From Bdellovibrionales bacterium (GTDB taxonomy: Bacteria > Bdellovibrionota > Bdellovibrionia > Bdellovibrionales > UBA1609): 64,000 bases of DNA. Positions 24,344 to 33,227 of this stretch are shown in pieces. Under the pieces are notes generated by a model that did no database searches, was not told the DNA's origin, and was given only the letters and a program-made list of their open reading frames with translations. The stretch is from NCBI GenBank assembly GCA_965200025.1, contig OZ241325.1, forward strand, positions 1,178,743-1,242,742, given 5' to 3'. The position numbers and the translations under genes are program-made. Within the stretch, counting starts at the first letter, position 1. Each line of letters starts with the position of its first letter.

Positions 24344-25336
24344 TTAAAAATCCTCTTTCAAAGACAGCTTAACACTGTTTAGCTGCTTGGTTAAAAATTT
24401 TATAAAGGCCTGTTTTCGTTTTTCAGATATTTCGCTGTCATTAACTTTATTTATAATGTGTTGAAACCGAACAATAACTTTGTTGACAAAAAGAAAACAG
24501 ACTTTTTGAAACCCAAGTTTTTTAAATTCCTTTATGTAGTCTTTTAATATGGGTTCTTTGGAGTGGGAAGTCCATATACAGCCACTGGGGTTAAAATCTG
24601 CCCCTAACAACACTTCTGTTCCTATAAAAGAGGGGTTGTCGTACATGGGAGCTAATCGCTTAGTGCCTGTTGTATCCACTATGCCCAAGTTTCTGCCATG
24701 ACGATCGCCGTTGCCAATAAAAGTGTCAAACAAACAAATTTTAATAAAACTCTCTATATCACTTAAACAAGCCGTTTGTTGTTTGATCACTTGTATAATG
24801 TTGAAACAGTTATAATTCTTATCACCTTTTGGCAAATATTTGTAGATGTGATTTAGAGTTCCTGTTTTGTTTTGCATAAAATTTTTTGTTACGAATGCCA
24901 TATATGATGAGGTGGCTTCTTTATTTTGATCACTTAAGATGTTAGTCTTACTTGTTTTTGGTTGATCTGGTATCTCTTCTGTGTACCGAATGAGATAATA
25001 CTCTGGTACTTTTATGCCTAAAAGAGAAGCTATTTGATTACAGATGTACTCTGTAGCTGGTAAGTCAGGATATTTGCTCTCCTGTAATTTAATGATGTAT
25101 TGTGTAGAACCCAAGCGGGCTGAGTATTTACGATACTTACCATGATAAAAGCTGTCTTTTGATTTTGTGATGGAAGGATGACTGTCTGAATAAGAAGCTG
25201 ATTTTTTTAAATCCAGATCAGTAAATGAAACAGACCTGCCATCTTCCTTCAAAGAAAACCAGTTTAAAAAACAAGCCCTGTGCAGGCCGTAAAGACATGG
25301 ACTGTTAAGAAGTTTTTGGCATTTCAAACATCTCAT
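24344..25336 (-). CDS. HipA-family Ser/Thr kinase toxin lacking the N-subdomain (HipT-like)
   Basis: 330 aa. Catalytic region FIGNGDRHGRNLGIV...LAPMYDN. Short Cys/His-containing N-terminus MRCLKCQKLLNSPCLYGLHRAC. Confidence 0.75.
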   Translation of the reverse strand: MRCLKCQKLLNSPCLYGLHRACFLNWFSLKEDGRSVSFTDLDLKKSASYSDSHPSITKSKDSFYHGKYRKYSARLGSTQYIIKLQESKYPDLPATEYICNQIASLLGIKVPEYYLIRYTEEIPDQPKTSKTNILSDQNKEATSSYMAFVTKNFMQNKTGTLNHIYKYLPKGDKNYNCFNIIQVIKQQTACLSDIESFIKICLFDTFIGNGDRHGRNLGIVDTTGTKRLAPMYDNPSFIGTEVLLGADFNPSGCIWTSHSKEPILKDYIKEFKKLGFQKVCFLFVNKVIVRFQHIINKVNDSEISEKRKQAFIKFLTKQLNSVKLSLKEDF

Positions 25337-25345
25337 AATATAGCT

Positions 25346-25385
25346 TTTTTACTACAATTAAAATTTGTTGTCAATATACTACAAT
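25346..25385 (-). promoter_or_regulatory. Promoter and direct-repeat operator candidate for the hip-like operon
   Basis: Minus strand reads TTGACA (25374-25369), N17, TAAAAA (25351-25346), with the ATG 9 nt downstream. ATTGTAGTA repeats lie at 25385-25377 and 25358-25350, flanking the -35 and overlapping the -10. Confidence 0.45.
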
Positions 25386-25597
25386 AATGAAAAAATCGGG
25401 CTTGTAATAAACTTCCACAGGATTTAGCTATATAACCACTCTGCTGAAATCTGTCACACAGAAAAAACCAGGTATTTTAGTCGTATTTTGAGGTTAACCT
25501 GTTTATCAGTACCAGCCAAATTATGGTATTTTATCCATTTCTTTGGTAATTTTTTGAAAATACCCTGTTTTTAGCCACTTTTATCATCATTATTCCA

Positions 25598-25661
25598 TTA
25601 AACGGGGTAATATCTTTGTTGTTGACATTACCCCGTTTAATTTTTATAATTACCCCATTAT
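25598..25661 (+). promoter_or_regulatory. Consensus sigma70-type promoter embedded in a 14-bp inverted repeat, upstream of fic
   Basis: TTGACA (25622-25627), N17, TATAAT (25645-25650), with the ATG at 25660. Arms TTAAACGGGGTAAT (25598-25611) and ATTACCCCGTTTAA (25627-25640). A third ATTACCCC lies at 25650-25657. Confidence 0.55.
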
Positions 25662-27492
25662 GTTGTCATTTAATCAAAAATTTATTGATTCTCTAAAATT
25701 TACTGGTTTTCATTTATCAGTTTTAAGACAATTAGGGGAGTACAGAGGTCGCCAGCTTGTATTTCGAAAAAAATCACAAGAGGTGTTAAAGACCCTAAAA
25801 CAACACGCCATGATTTCTTCTGTGGAATCCTCCAACCGCCTGGAACAAATTACCGCTCCATACAAACGAATTAAGGGGATTGTTACTCAATTTATAAAAC
25901 CTGATACCCGCTCAGAGAAGGAAATTGCAGGATATAAAGATGCCCTGTCTTTAGTTCACGAGTCTTACCCGGATATGCATGTTTCAGTGAATCATATCAA
26001 ACAACTCCATACGATTCTTTATCGTCCACTTCCTGAAGATGGGGGGTACTTTAAATCCACAGACAACAGTATTGTGGAGCGTGACGAAAAAGGCAAAATT
26101 TTGCGAAAACGCTTTGTCACTGTTCCGGCAGTTCAAACATCTGATTTTATGGATCAACTGTGCCATTCCTACCAAGATCTTATAAACGAAGGACAAACAG
26201 ACCCTCTGATTCTTATTCCACTTTTGATTTTGGATTTTTTGTGTATTCATCCCTTTAAAGATGGAAATGGCCGTATTTCCCGCCTGTTGACTTTGTTGGT
26301 ACTGTACCAGCATGGTTATGAAGTGGGAAAGTACATAAGCCTGGAGCGTATATTTGAAGATTCCAAAGAGGACTATTACAAAACTCTGGAACAAAGCTCA
26401 CAACACTGGCACGAATCCCAACACAATCCTTTTTACTGGATAGAGTATTTTTGGTCTGTAATGATAAGGGCCTATAAAGAGTTTGAGAGTAAAATGGAAT
26501 CCATGAAGCATATTAAAACAGGTAAAGGTACAAAAACAGATCAAATCAAAAAGCTTGTAAAAAACAAGACAGGGCCTTTTGCAATATCAGAGATTGAGAA
26601 AGACCTGCCCCACATTGGTAAAGATATGATCAAAAATGTTTTAAAGCAGCTGAAAGCGGATGGAAGTATAATGCTTGGGGGAGTGGGCAGAAATGCAAAA
26701 TGGATCAACGTTATGTTGAAAGAGGCTTCATCGGAAATGAAAATTTTTATAAAAGAGCGAAGAAGTAAAATTTTATCCAATACAGGTCCGGTTAAGTTAC
26801 AAACAAACCCCAAATTAGTACTGCACATTATACCTGCAAAATTTTTTAACCATTCCCAGGCCCTGAATGTGCAAAAGCTTAACCAGCTTCCTGTCAAATC
26901 AGAAGTGGAGTCTGGTGTAAGTGGTGAAACCCATGCTTTTGATTTTTGTCCTGTTAATACATTTATGCACATTTTACATGGACAATCACCGGGAAGCTGG
27001 AATGATAAAATTAATTTTGATGGCAGGGTTTTTTATTCTCCTTATGCCGGCGGGAGGGATTTTTCTTTTTCCTATACTCAGGTATTCCATAATGCAGTGA
27101 TTGAGGTTGTGGACACCTATACAGTGGCTGTGGAAAAAAAACACGGCCTGTTTTTAACCCCTCAAAATTATGAAATAGTCCTTATTGAGGCTCTTAATCG
27201 TTATGCAAAAGGGCTGACTAAAAACAATATTGACGGTTCCATGTTTGTTTTTCCTGCTCTTTTGAATGTCAAAGGATACAAAATTCACAGTCCCCAACAA
27301 CTTTATCCAAGGGAGACAAACACCCCCATTGACAGAGATCATTTAACTCTTCCAGAGGTGTATATAGAGGATATTAAAAGTTTTTCTGCTCAAAATCTGA
27401 TGAAACCCGCTTTTGACAGAGTGTGGAATGCATGTGCTTATACGGGATCTGGCAATTACAAAAATAATACATGGAATCCCCGTTCTGATTAA
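25660..27492 (+). CDS. Fic domain protein with wHTH and an unknown ~260-aa C-terminal domain
   Basis: 610 aa. Fic motif HPFKDGNGRISRLL. N-terminal SSNRLEQ inhibitory-helix-like segment. wHTH-like GPFAISEIEKDLPHIGKDMIKNVLKQLKADGSI. The C-terminal domain is not recognised. Confidence 0.8.
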   Translation: MLSFNQKFIDSLKFTGFHLSVLRQLGEYRGRQLVFRKKSQEVLKTLKQHAMISSVESSNRLEQITAPYKRIKGIVTQFIKPDTRSEKEIAGYKDALSLVHESYPDMHVSVNHIKQLHTILYRPLPEDGGYFKSTDNSIVERDEKGKILRKRFVTVPAVQTSDFMDQLCHSYQDLINEGQTDPLILIPLLILDFLCIHPFKDGNGRISRLLTLLVLYQHGYEVGKYISLERIFEDSKEDYYKTLEQSSQHWHESQHNPFYWIEYFWSVMIRAYKEFESKMESMKHIKTGKGTKTDQIKKLVKNKTGPFAISEIEKDLPHIGKDMIKNVLKQLKADGSIMLGGVGRNAKWINVMLKEASSEMKIFIKERRSKILSNTGPVKLQTNPKLVLHIIPAKFFNHSQALNVQKLNQLPVKSEVESGVSGETHAFDFCPVNTFMHILHGQSPGSWNDKINFDGRVFYSPYAGGRDFSFSYTQVFHNAVIEVVDTYTVAVEKKHGLFLTPQNYEIVLIEALNRYAKGLTKNNIDGSMFVFPALLNVKGYKIHSPQQLYPRETNTPIDRDHLTLPEVYIEDIKSFSAQNLMKPAFDRVWNACAYTGSGNYKNNTWNPRSD

Positions 27493-27498
27493 AAATAC

Positions 27499-28647
27499 TT
27501 ATTTCTCCCACCAGTGTCTCTGGTTGGATATGTGTATAAGAATTCCCGGGTTGGTGGTTTTTACCTCTTCCACAATACGTTTTACCTCTTTATTTGAAAG
27601 CTTGTTATTGTCCAGCCTAATCCATTTTAAATCAGAAAGTGCGGAAAACACCCCTAATGGTAAAGCTGTAAGCTCGTTAGCACTCAAATCAAGGATTTGC
27701 AAATGAGGAACCTCTTTCAACATATCCGATGACAAATGTGTGAGTTCATTGCCCCTCAAATTAAGAGTTGTAAGATGAGAAAGCCCATTAAACATCCCTG
27801 ACGACTTTAAAGCTGTTAAATCATTGCCACTTAAATTAAGAGTTGTGAGATGAGAAAGACTTTTAAACACCCCAGGGGGCAAATCTGTTAAATCATTCCC
27901 ACTCAGATCAAGAATTTTTAACCCGGAAAGCCCGTTAAATACCCCTAATTTTAAAGCTGTTAATTTATTTCGACTTAAATCAAGTGCTTTAAGATGAGAA
28001 AGGTCTTTGAACACCTCCGGATTCAAATGTGCCAGCTCATTATAAGACAAATTAAGCCGCCTTAACCGGGTAAGCCCATCAAACACCCCCGCCTGCAAAG
28101 CTGTCAAGCCATTACCAGACAAATTCATCCCTGATAAATCAACAAGACCTTTAAATACCCCTGCCTGCAAATGTGTCAGCTCGTTATAAGACAAATTAAG
28201 CCGCCTTAACCGGGTAAGCCCATCAAACACCCCCACTGGCAAATCTGTTAATTGATCGTAACTGATTATCAGAGTCCTTAAACCGGAAAGGCCCGAAAAA
28301 TCCCCCGCTTTTAACACAATATTGGTTTTTTCAACAAACTCTATATTAAAGTGAAAAGATTCAATGTGATGAAGGAGTATATCTGCCAAATGGCATTTTT
28401 TTTCCCCCCATTCCTCCTCGCCAACAATATTAAACTGAATACCTAAAATACCTGTTATCATATCCTGCACTTGTTGAGTTCTCTCACAAACCGGCACCAC
28501 CACCTGCTTTTCTGAAAAATGGCTGTCACCAAAAGCATGGTGAGAGTACACCCATACAGGCAGGAGGCAAAAAACAAAAGATATTAAAAATCCCATACCA
28601 AATCCTTTAACAGGGGTACCTTTATTATTCCCCATCACTTTTGTCAA
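27499..28647 (-). CDS. Secreted LRR protein (about 10 repeats)
   Basis: 382 aa (start may be an internal Met) with a hydrophobic N-terminus. VCERTQQV cap motif. 24-aa repeats LxxLxxLxLSxNxLTxLxxGVFxG. Perfect 50-nt internal repeats lie 144 bp apart. Confidence 0.85.
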   Translation of the reverse strand: MTKVMGNNKGTPVKGFGMGFLISFVFCLLPVWVYSHHAFGDSHFSEKQVVVPVCERTQQVQDMITGILGIQFNIVGEEEWGEKKCHLADILLHHIESFHFNIEFVEKTNIVLKAGDFSGLSGLRTLIISYDQLTDLPVGVFDGLTRLRRLNLSYNELTHLQAGVFKGLVDLSGMNLSGNGLTALQAGVFDGLTRLRRLNLSYNELAHLNPEVFKDLSHLKALDLSRNKLTALKLGVFNGLSGLKILDLSGNDLTDLPPGVFKSLSHLTTLNLSGNDLTALKSSGMFNGLSHLTTLNLRGNELTHLSSDMLKEVPHLQILDLSANELTALPLGVFSALSDLKWIRLDNNKLSNKEVKRIVEEVKTTNPGILIHISNQRHWWEK

Positions 28648-28722
28648 AGATTTTATGCTCTTTTTGAGCTTGACCTGGCTAAATGATGTTGTATAAAAAG
28701 GCCAATTTAAGGAGTCTTGAAG

Positions 28723-29331
28723 ATGATAAAGCTGTTTTATACTGCTCTTTTTGCGTTTTTAGCAGCCGGGGCTGTGATTTTTGACACTGCTGCCGACAAA
28801 GAATTGCCGCTGACCCCAAAAAACCTGAAAAACAAATGCTTAACCCGTGAGTATGAAAAATACCCCCCTCCGGCAGACACCAACCAGCTTCCTGTGCCAA
28901 TTAAAAGCTGTGTACAAATGATTGAAAACCTGTGCAAAACAAACAAAAATGTTGAGATGCCCATTATTGAACAAATACCCCCTTTAATGGCTGCCTTAAA
29001 CAGTTTAAGAAAAGCTATCCCCTATTATCAAAAATTTGAAAAAGCAGAATTCCTTATTGATGATATGGATATGTTATTTGATCACAGGCACCTGGCTGTA
29101 TTTTGGCAGTATATTGATACAAAGTGGAGGGTTGATGTGGCACACCATTTTTTACGGGAGAGAATTATGCTGTATAACTGGGAAGGTGAAACCGGGCCAG
29201 AGCGTTTTACCAGATACTGGCAATGTCAAATTTACAAAGGACTTTACTGTATTTCCAAAGGAAAAAGACCACCCCTGCCCCTTTCCAAAAACTGCAATAA
29301 AATGGAACAAAACAACTTAAGCTTTCTATAA
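28723..29331 (+). CDS. Secreted hypothetical protein
   Basis: The ORF track starts at TTG 28717, but the ATG at 28723 has AAGGAG 8 nt upstream. Signal-like MIKLFYTALFAFLAAGAVI. No family recognised. Confidence 0.55.
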   Translation: MIKLFYTALFAFLAAGAVIFDTAADKELPLTPKNLKNKCLTREYEKYPPPADTNQLPVPIKSCVQMIENLCKTNKNVEMPIIEQIPPLMAALNSLRKAIPYYQKFEKAEFLIDDMDMLFDHRHLAVFWQYIDTKWRVDVAHHFLRERIMLYNWEGETGPERFTRYWQCQIYKGLYCISKGKRPPLPLSKNCNKMEQNNLSFL

Positions 29332-29334
29332 AGC

Positions 29335-29778
29335 TTAAGAAGGACCCATTACAAAAAATTGCATCTCCAGGTTTTGGCCCGCCATGTAATAAGTTTCACC
29401 TCTATGCTTAAAGGTGAGAACAGGCTGCTGTTTTAAATTCATAAAATTTTCAGCTTTTTCCCTGTCTTTGGATACCAAAATATCAATACCTGCTCTGTGA
29501 GTATTTTTCCCCACAGTTATAAGATACCTGCAAACACTATTATAACTAGCAGAGATGATTTTTTTGTAGTTTATTAAAGGAACAGGAGGAATCGCCCACA
29601 CCACCCTTGCTTTAAAGTCGTAGGGATCAGGAAACATACTGTCCCCAACAGGCTTAAATAAACCAGCACACCCCACTGCCACCTCATCTTTCCATAACTT
29701 ATAAGGATCTTGTGCCAAAGAAACATGCTGAAAACACACAGCAGTTATAAAATACAAACAAGCAATAAATGATTTCAT
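29335..29778 (-). CDS. Secreted hypothetical protein
   Basis: The likely start is MKSFIACLYFITAVCFQHVSLAQ at 29778, with GGAGG 8 nt upstream. A G9 motif lies upstream. Convergent with the previous gene, stops 3 nt apart. Confidence 0.55.
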   Translation of the reverse strand: MKSFIACLYFITAVCFQHVSLAQDPYKLWKDEVAVGCAGLFKPVGDSMFPDPYDFKARVVWAIPPVPLINYKKIISASYNSVCRYLITVGKNTHRAGIDILVSKDREKAENFMNLKQQPVLTFKHRGETYYMAGQNLEMQFFVMGPS

Positions 29779-29845
29779 TTTTTTAACCTCCTGCAATTTG
29801 TAAATTGTTCTTGAACCTCCAAAAAAAGGGAGGGGTATAAACCCT

Positions 29846-29875
29846 TTTTACCCCCCCCCATTTTTTTGTCTAATG
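29846..29875 (-). promoter_or_regulatory. G9 promoter-like motif, copy D
   Basis: Coding strand reads TAGACA-AAAAAAT-G9-TAAAAA (16-nt spacer), about 70-95 nt upstream of the start at 29778. Confidence 0.45.
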
Positions 29876-29953
29876 AAGATTCAAACAATATCACAAAACT
29901 GGACTTTTGGTAAGATTTTTTTGCACTTAAGCTCATAATTATTCTCTTACCCG

Positions 29954-30781
29954 TTAAAGAGATTCTTTTAACCCCATCCGGAAGTGAAAAATTCGAATCA
30001 CCTCCCCGGCACTTTCCTCCAAAGCCCTGTCTGTCACATTCACCACAGGCCATCTGTGTTTTTCAAAAACCTCCCGGGCATAGTGCATTTCGTTTAAAAT
30101 GTGTTCTTTCCCTGTGTATTCCCGGCTCGCCTCCCAGCGAAGTTTTTTTATTCTGTTTTTTCGGATACGAATAAGATGATCGGCATCAATCGTAAGACCA
30201 ACAATACGCCTGTGGTCCACCTGAGACAGATTCTCCGGTAAAGGGATACCCAAAACCAAAGGCACATTGGCCACCTTCCACCCCTTAAAACTTAAGTAAA
30301 TGGACAAAGGGGTTTTGCTGGTCCGGCTTACCCCCACCAGCACAATGTCTGCCTCTTTGAGCTGACTCAAAGACTGCCCATCATCATGTTTGAGAGAAAA
30401 CTCCGTGGCCTCAATACGCTTAAAATAATCCTCATCCACACTTCTTAAAAGGCCCGGCTTTTTTTCCTGGTTGGTCTCCAGCCGGGTGTTAAATTTTTGA
30501 AGTAAAGGCCCTAAAACATCCACCGCCGCAATACCCTGCCTGCTGCATATCTTCTGAAGGGTGGTACGCATCTCCGGCAGTATAAGGGTGTAGATCAGAA
30601 GACTGTCTTTTTTGTCTATTGTGGCGAGTAGAGAGTGGATTTGTTTTTCTGATCGCACATTTTGATAACGAATTTGGCGTACCTGCTCGTGACGATACTG
30701 CACCAAAGCAGCTTTTGCCACCAGGGCTGCTGTTTCCCCTGTGCCATCAGACAGAATGTAGAGTTTTAAAGCTTTGCTCAT
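29954..30781 (-). CDS. Pyruvate phosphate dikinase / PEP synthase regulatory protein (DUF299 kinase/pyrophosphorylase)
   Basis: The likely start is MSKALKLYILSDGTGETA at 30781. P-loop GVSRTSKTPLS. Full-length resemblance to the PpsR/PDRP family. Confidence 0.8.
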   Translation of the reverse strand: MSKALKLYILSDGTGETAALVAKAALVQYRHEQVRQIRYQNVRSEKQIHSLLATIDKKDSLLIYTLILPEMRTTLQKICSRQGIAAVDVLGPLLQKFNTRLETNQEKKPGLLRSVDEDYFKRIEATEFSLKHDDGQSLSQLKEADIVLVGVSRTSKTPLSIYLSFKGWKVANVPLVLGIPLPENLSQVDHRRIVGLTIDADHLIRIRKNRIKKLRWEASREYTGKEHILNEMHYAREVFEKHRWPVVNVTDRALEESAGEVIRIFHFRMGLKESL

Positions 30782-30818
30782 TATAAACTTAAGGGCCTCC
30801 AAAAAGACTCTGATATTG

Positions 30819-31205
30819 TTAATCCCTGACCCACTGAATGGGGATGGTTTTATCCTTAAAAACCTGCTGAAGGCCTGCCTCATCCAAAGGGGAGGGTAAA
30901 AAAATTTTTAACCCGGGTTTTTTAAGACGGTACCATATAGAGTGAAGGGAGTTCAACCACCCGGAATGAAAACCCAAAACCAACACCATTTCAGCTGGCA
31001 AATAAGTGCTGCTTTTTATAAGAAGGGGTTTTTTGGATGATGTTTTTGACTCAAAGGCACTGATTTGAAAATGCAGATACCAATCCACCACCCGGTTCCA
31101 TTTTTGGCTGAAGGGTTTAGGCCCCAAAGCCCACATGCAGCTTTTCCCGCTAAAAATCTGTTCTTCTGATCTTAACAGTTGAAGATGGTTTTTTAAAAAA
31201 GTCAT
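30819..31205 (-). CDS. Hypothetical protein
   Basis: The ORF is trimmed to the Met at 31205 (MTFLKNHLQ) to remove the overlap with nusB. No family recognised. Confidence 0.4.
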   Translation of the reverse strand: MTFLKNHLQLLRSEEQIFSGKSCMWALGPKPFSQKWNRVVDWYLHFQISAFESKTSSKKPLLIKSSTYLPAEMVLVLGFHSGWLNSLHSIWYRLKKPGLKIFLPSPLDEAGLQQVFKDKTIPIQWVRD

Positions 31206-31213
31206 ACCGACCT

Positions 31214-31684
31214 TCAGGAGGAAGAGGTTAAAAGTTTTAATTTTTGAGCCACAGAGTCCAGAAGTCCGTTGACAAAAGCCGGGGATTCTGGAGTGCCGTA
31301 AAGTTTTGCCACCTCCACCGCCTCGTTCATACACACCTTGGGAGGTGTGGGCCGGGAGGAGTAAAACATCTCGTAAATGGCAATCCGGAGAATATTCAAA
31401 TCAATGAGGGACATTCTTTTCAGGCTCCAGGCATGGCTGGCCTCCTGTATCAGATGATCAATTTGTGTTTTTTTGCCCTGTATGCCTTCAAAAATTTTTT
31501 GAGAGTGCTGCTGAATCTCCTTAAGGTGTGAAAACCCATTTTGATCCGAAAAATCCCGAAACTGACCAGAGCGGGTGGTTTTTTGATAGTGAAACTCCTG
31601 CTCATAAAGGGCTTTTAAGGCTGCAATACGGGCCTGTCTTTTGTTTTTGTTGGAAGGAGTGGAAGACTGAGGGGGGTTTTTCAT
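31214..31684 (-). CDS. nusB: Transcription antitermination factor NusB
   Basis: The likely start is MKNPPQ at 31684. RQARIAALKALYEQEF... and LSLIDLNILRIAIYEM..PPKVCMNEAVEVAKLYG are NusB-like. Confidence 0.8.
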   Translation of the reverse strand: MKNPPQSSTPSNKNKRQARIAALKALYEQEFHYQKTTRSGQFRDFSDQNGFSHLKEIQQHSQKIFEGIQGKKTQIDHLIQEASHAWSLKRMSLIDLNILRIAIYEMFYSSRPTPPKVCMNEAVEVAKLYGTPESPAFVNGLLDSVAQKLKLLTSSS

Positions 31685-31713
31685 TTTGTGTGAGTGTTCC
31701 TTATAGGTGAGGG

Positions 31714-32316
31714 TTACAGGTGGTAGTCGATTCCCATCCGGAGGGCTGCCTGACTTTCCAGCCGCTTGTGGTAACGGGCCTTTAAACCCCACTGAAAGTA
31801 AAGCCTGCCCCTAAGGTGGGAAGGTCCCAAAATACGGGTACACCATATTTGAATCTCCAGGGGAATACGAAATTTAAAGGGAGAGCTTAAGGAAAAAGAC
31901 CCTCCCACCAAAAAATCCACATAAAAAGTGCTTAAATCATGGCTCTTCGGATGCCTGATGCCAGTCAAAGCGTAGATTCTTTGGGATTTTTTTCTGTGAG
32001 CCTCATAACCTAAAGAAAAAATCACCGGAAGACGCTTTTTCAAACCCTGCCATTTTTCTCTCCGGTAATTAAAATGCAACATCAGAGGAAAAGTGCTGGC
32101 TTTAAAAGGATAAAGATTTAAAACGGAAGTCCCTGCCCCTATGTCTAAAAAATGGGGAAGAGGTCTTTTTCTCTCCTGAAAATGACGCTGAGCCTTTTGA
32201 TAAGCCCCCTCCGTTACCACACTCCATAAAGAGGCAACAAGCAGGCCCGCCCCCATAAGAGAATACAAACCAAAGAGCAAAAACAAGCTGTGACTTTTTA
32301 ACATTTTATACGACAC
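31714..32316 (-). CDS. Hypothetical membrane / outer-membrane-like protein
   Basis: 200 aa with a hydrophobic N-terminus and an alternating beta-strand-like pattern. No family recognised. Confidence 0.4.
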   Translation of the reverse strand: MSYKMLKSHSLFLLFGLYSLMGAGLLVASLWSVVTEGAYQKAQRHFQERKRPLPHFLDIGAGTSVLNLYPFKASTFPLMLHFNYRREKWQGLKKRLPVIFSLGYEAHRKKSQRIYALTGIRHPKSHDLSTFYVDFLVGGSFSLSSPFKFRIPLEIQIWCTRILGPSHLRGRLYFQWGLKARYHKRLESQAALRMGIDYHL

Positions 32317-32475
32317 ACATTCCCCCTTATTATTTTAAAATAACAAGCCCTTTATTTTATAAAACACGAGGCTCTTTTGTTGCTTTTATCATATAAAACT
32401 GCCAAACACACTGAAAAATCCCCCCTTATACCCCACTTTGTGACGGAATTTAAGCCTTTTTAAGGCAGAGATAAC

Positions 32476-33201
32476 TTAATGAAGAGCAAAAAAAGAGCTT
32501 ATAACAGCAGCCTGTTTTTCCAATAAGATTTGTGAAGCCTGCCAGCTTATCTGAAGAAGATGATTTAACTGTTTTGTACTGAAATTTTGTTTTTCCGCAC
32601 TGCCCTGTATCTCGATCAGGTGGCCTGTGGAGTCAAACACCACATTTAAGTCAGCATCAGCACTCTGATCCTCCCTGTAACAGGGGTCCAGAAGGATTTT
32701 CTGATTTTTTAAAACCGCACTAACGGCACACACATAGTGCTTAAGGGGTATTTCCTCTATAAGAACCTCTTTTTTTAAATGCTGGCAGGCCAGGGCCATG
32801 GCTACAAAACCTCCTGTAATGGCAGCGGTACGGCTTCCCCCATCGGCTTCAATCACATCACAATCCACATGGATTTGCCTTTCACCCAGTTTTTTTAAAT
32901 CCATGCCTGCTCTTAAAGCCCTTCCCACCAGGCGTGAAATCTCCTGCGAACGCCCGGAGCTGCTGGTTCTTTCCCTCTTCATACGGGTGTAAGTGGAACG
33001 GGGAAGCATGCCATACTCTGCTGTAACCCACCCGGTATTGGGGCTTCGTATCCACTTGGGAACCACAGGATCCACAGAGGCTGTACAAATCACTCTGGTT
33101 TTTCCAAAAAAAACCTCTGCACTGCCTTCCGCATGGCTGAGAACATGAGGCGTGATTTTTATTTCCCTCATCTGGTGAGGCTCTCTTTTGTCTGGTCTCA
33201 A
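32476..33201 (-). CDS. rph: Ribonuclease PH
   Basis: 241 aa. RPDKREPHQMREIKIT..HAEGSAEVFFGKTRVICTAS..GRSQEISRLVGRALR is diagnostic of RNase PH. Confidence 0.9.
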   Translation of the reverse strand: MRPDKREPHQMREIKITPHVLSHAEGSAEVFFGKTRVICTASVDPVVPKWIRSPNTGWVTAEYGMLPRSTYTRMKRERTSSSGRSQEISRLVGRALRAGMDLKKLGERQIHVDCDVIEADGGSRTAAITGGFVAMALACQHLKKEVLIEEIPLKHYVCAVSAVLKNQKILLDPCYREDQSADADLNVVFDSTGHLIEIQGSAEKQNFSTKQLNHLLQISWQASQILLEKQAAVISSFFALH

Positions 33202-33227
33202 TGTCTTTTAAGCTCCACAAAAAGGTT

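Noticed and set aside
26980-27060. Short motif FYSPYAGG in the long Fic C-terminal domain resembling IYNPWAGG of domain X
   Set aside because: Only about 8 residues match and the flanking sequence does not align. This is too short to claim homology without a profile search.
29954-31792. Long N-terminal extensions of the ORFs at 29954-30883, 30819-31334 and 31214-31792
   Set aside because: The extensions overlap the neighbouring genes and lack similarity to the families. Internal Met starts (30781, 31205, 31684) with SD-like sequences give non-overlapping, family-typical N-termini.
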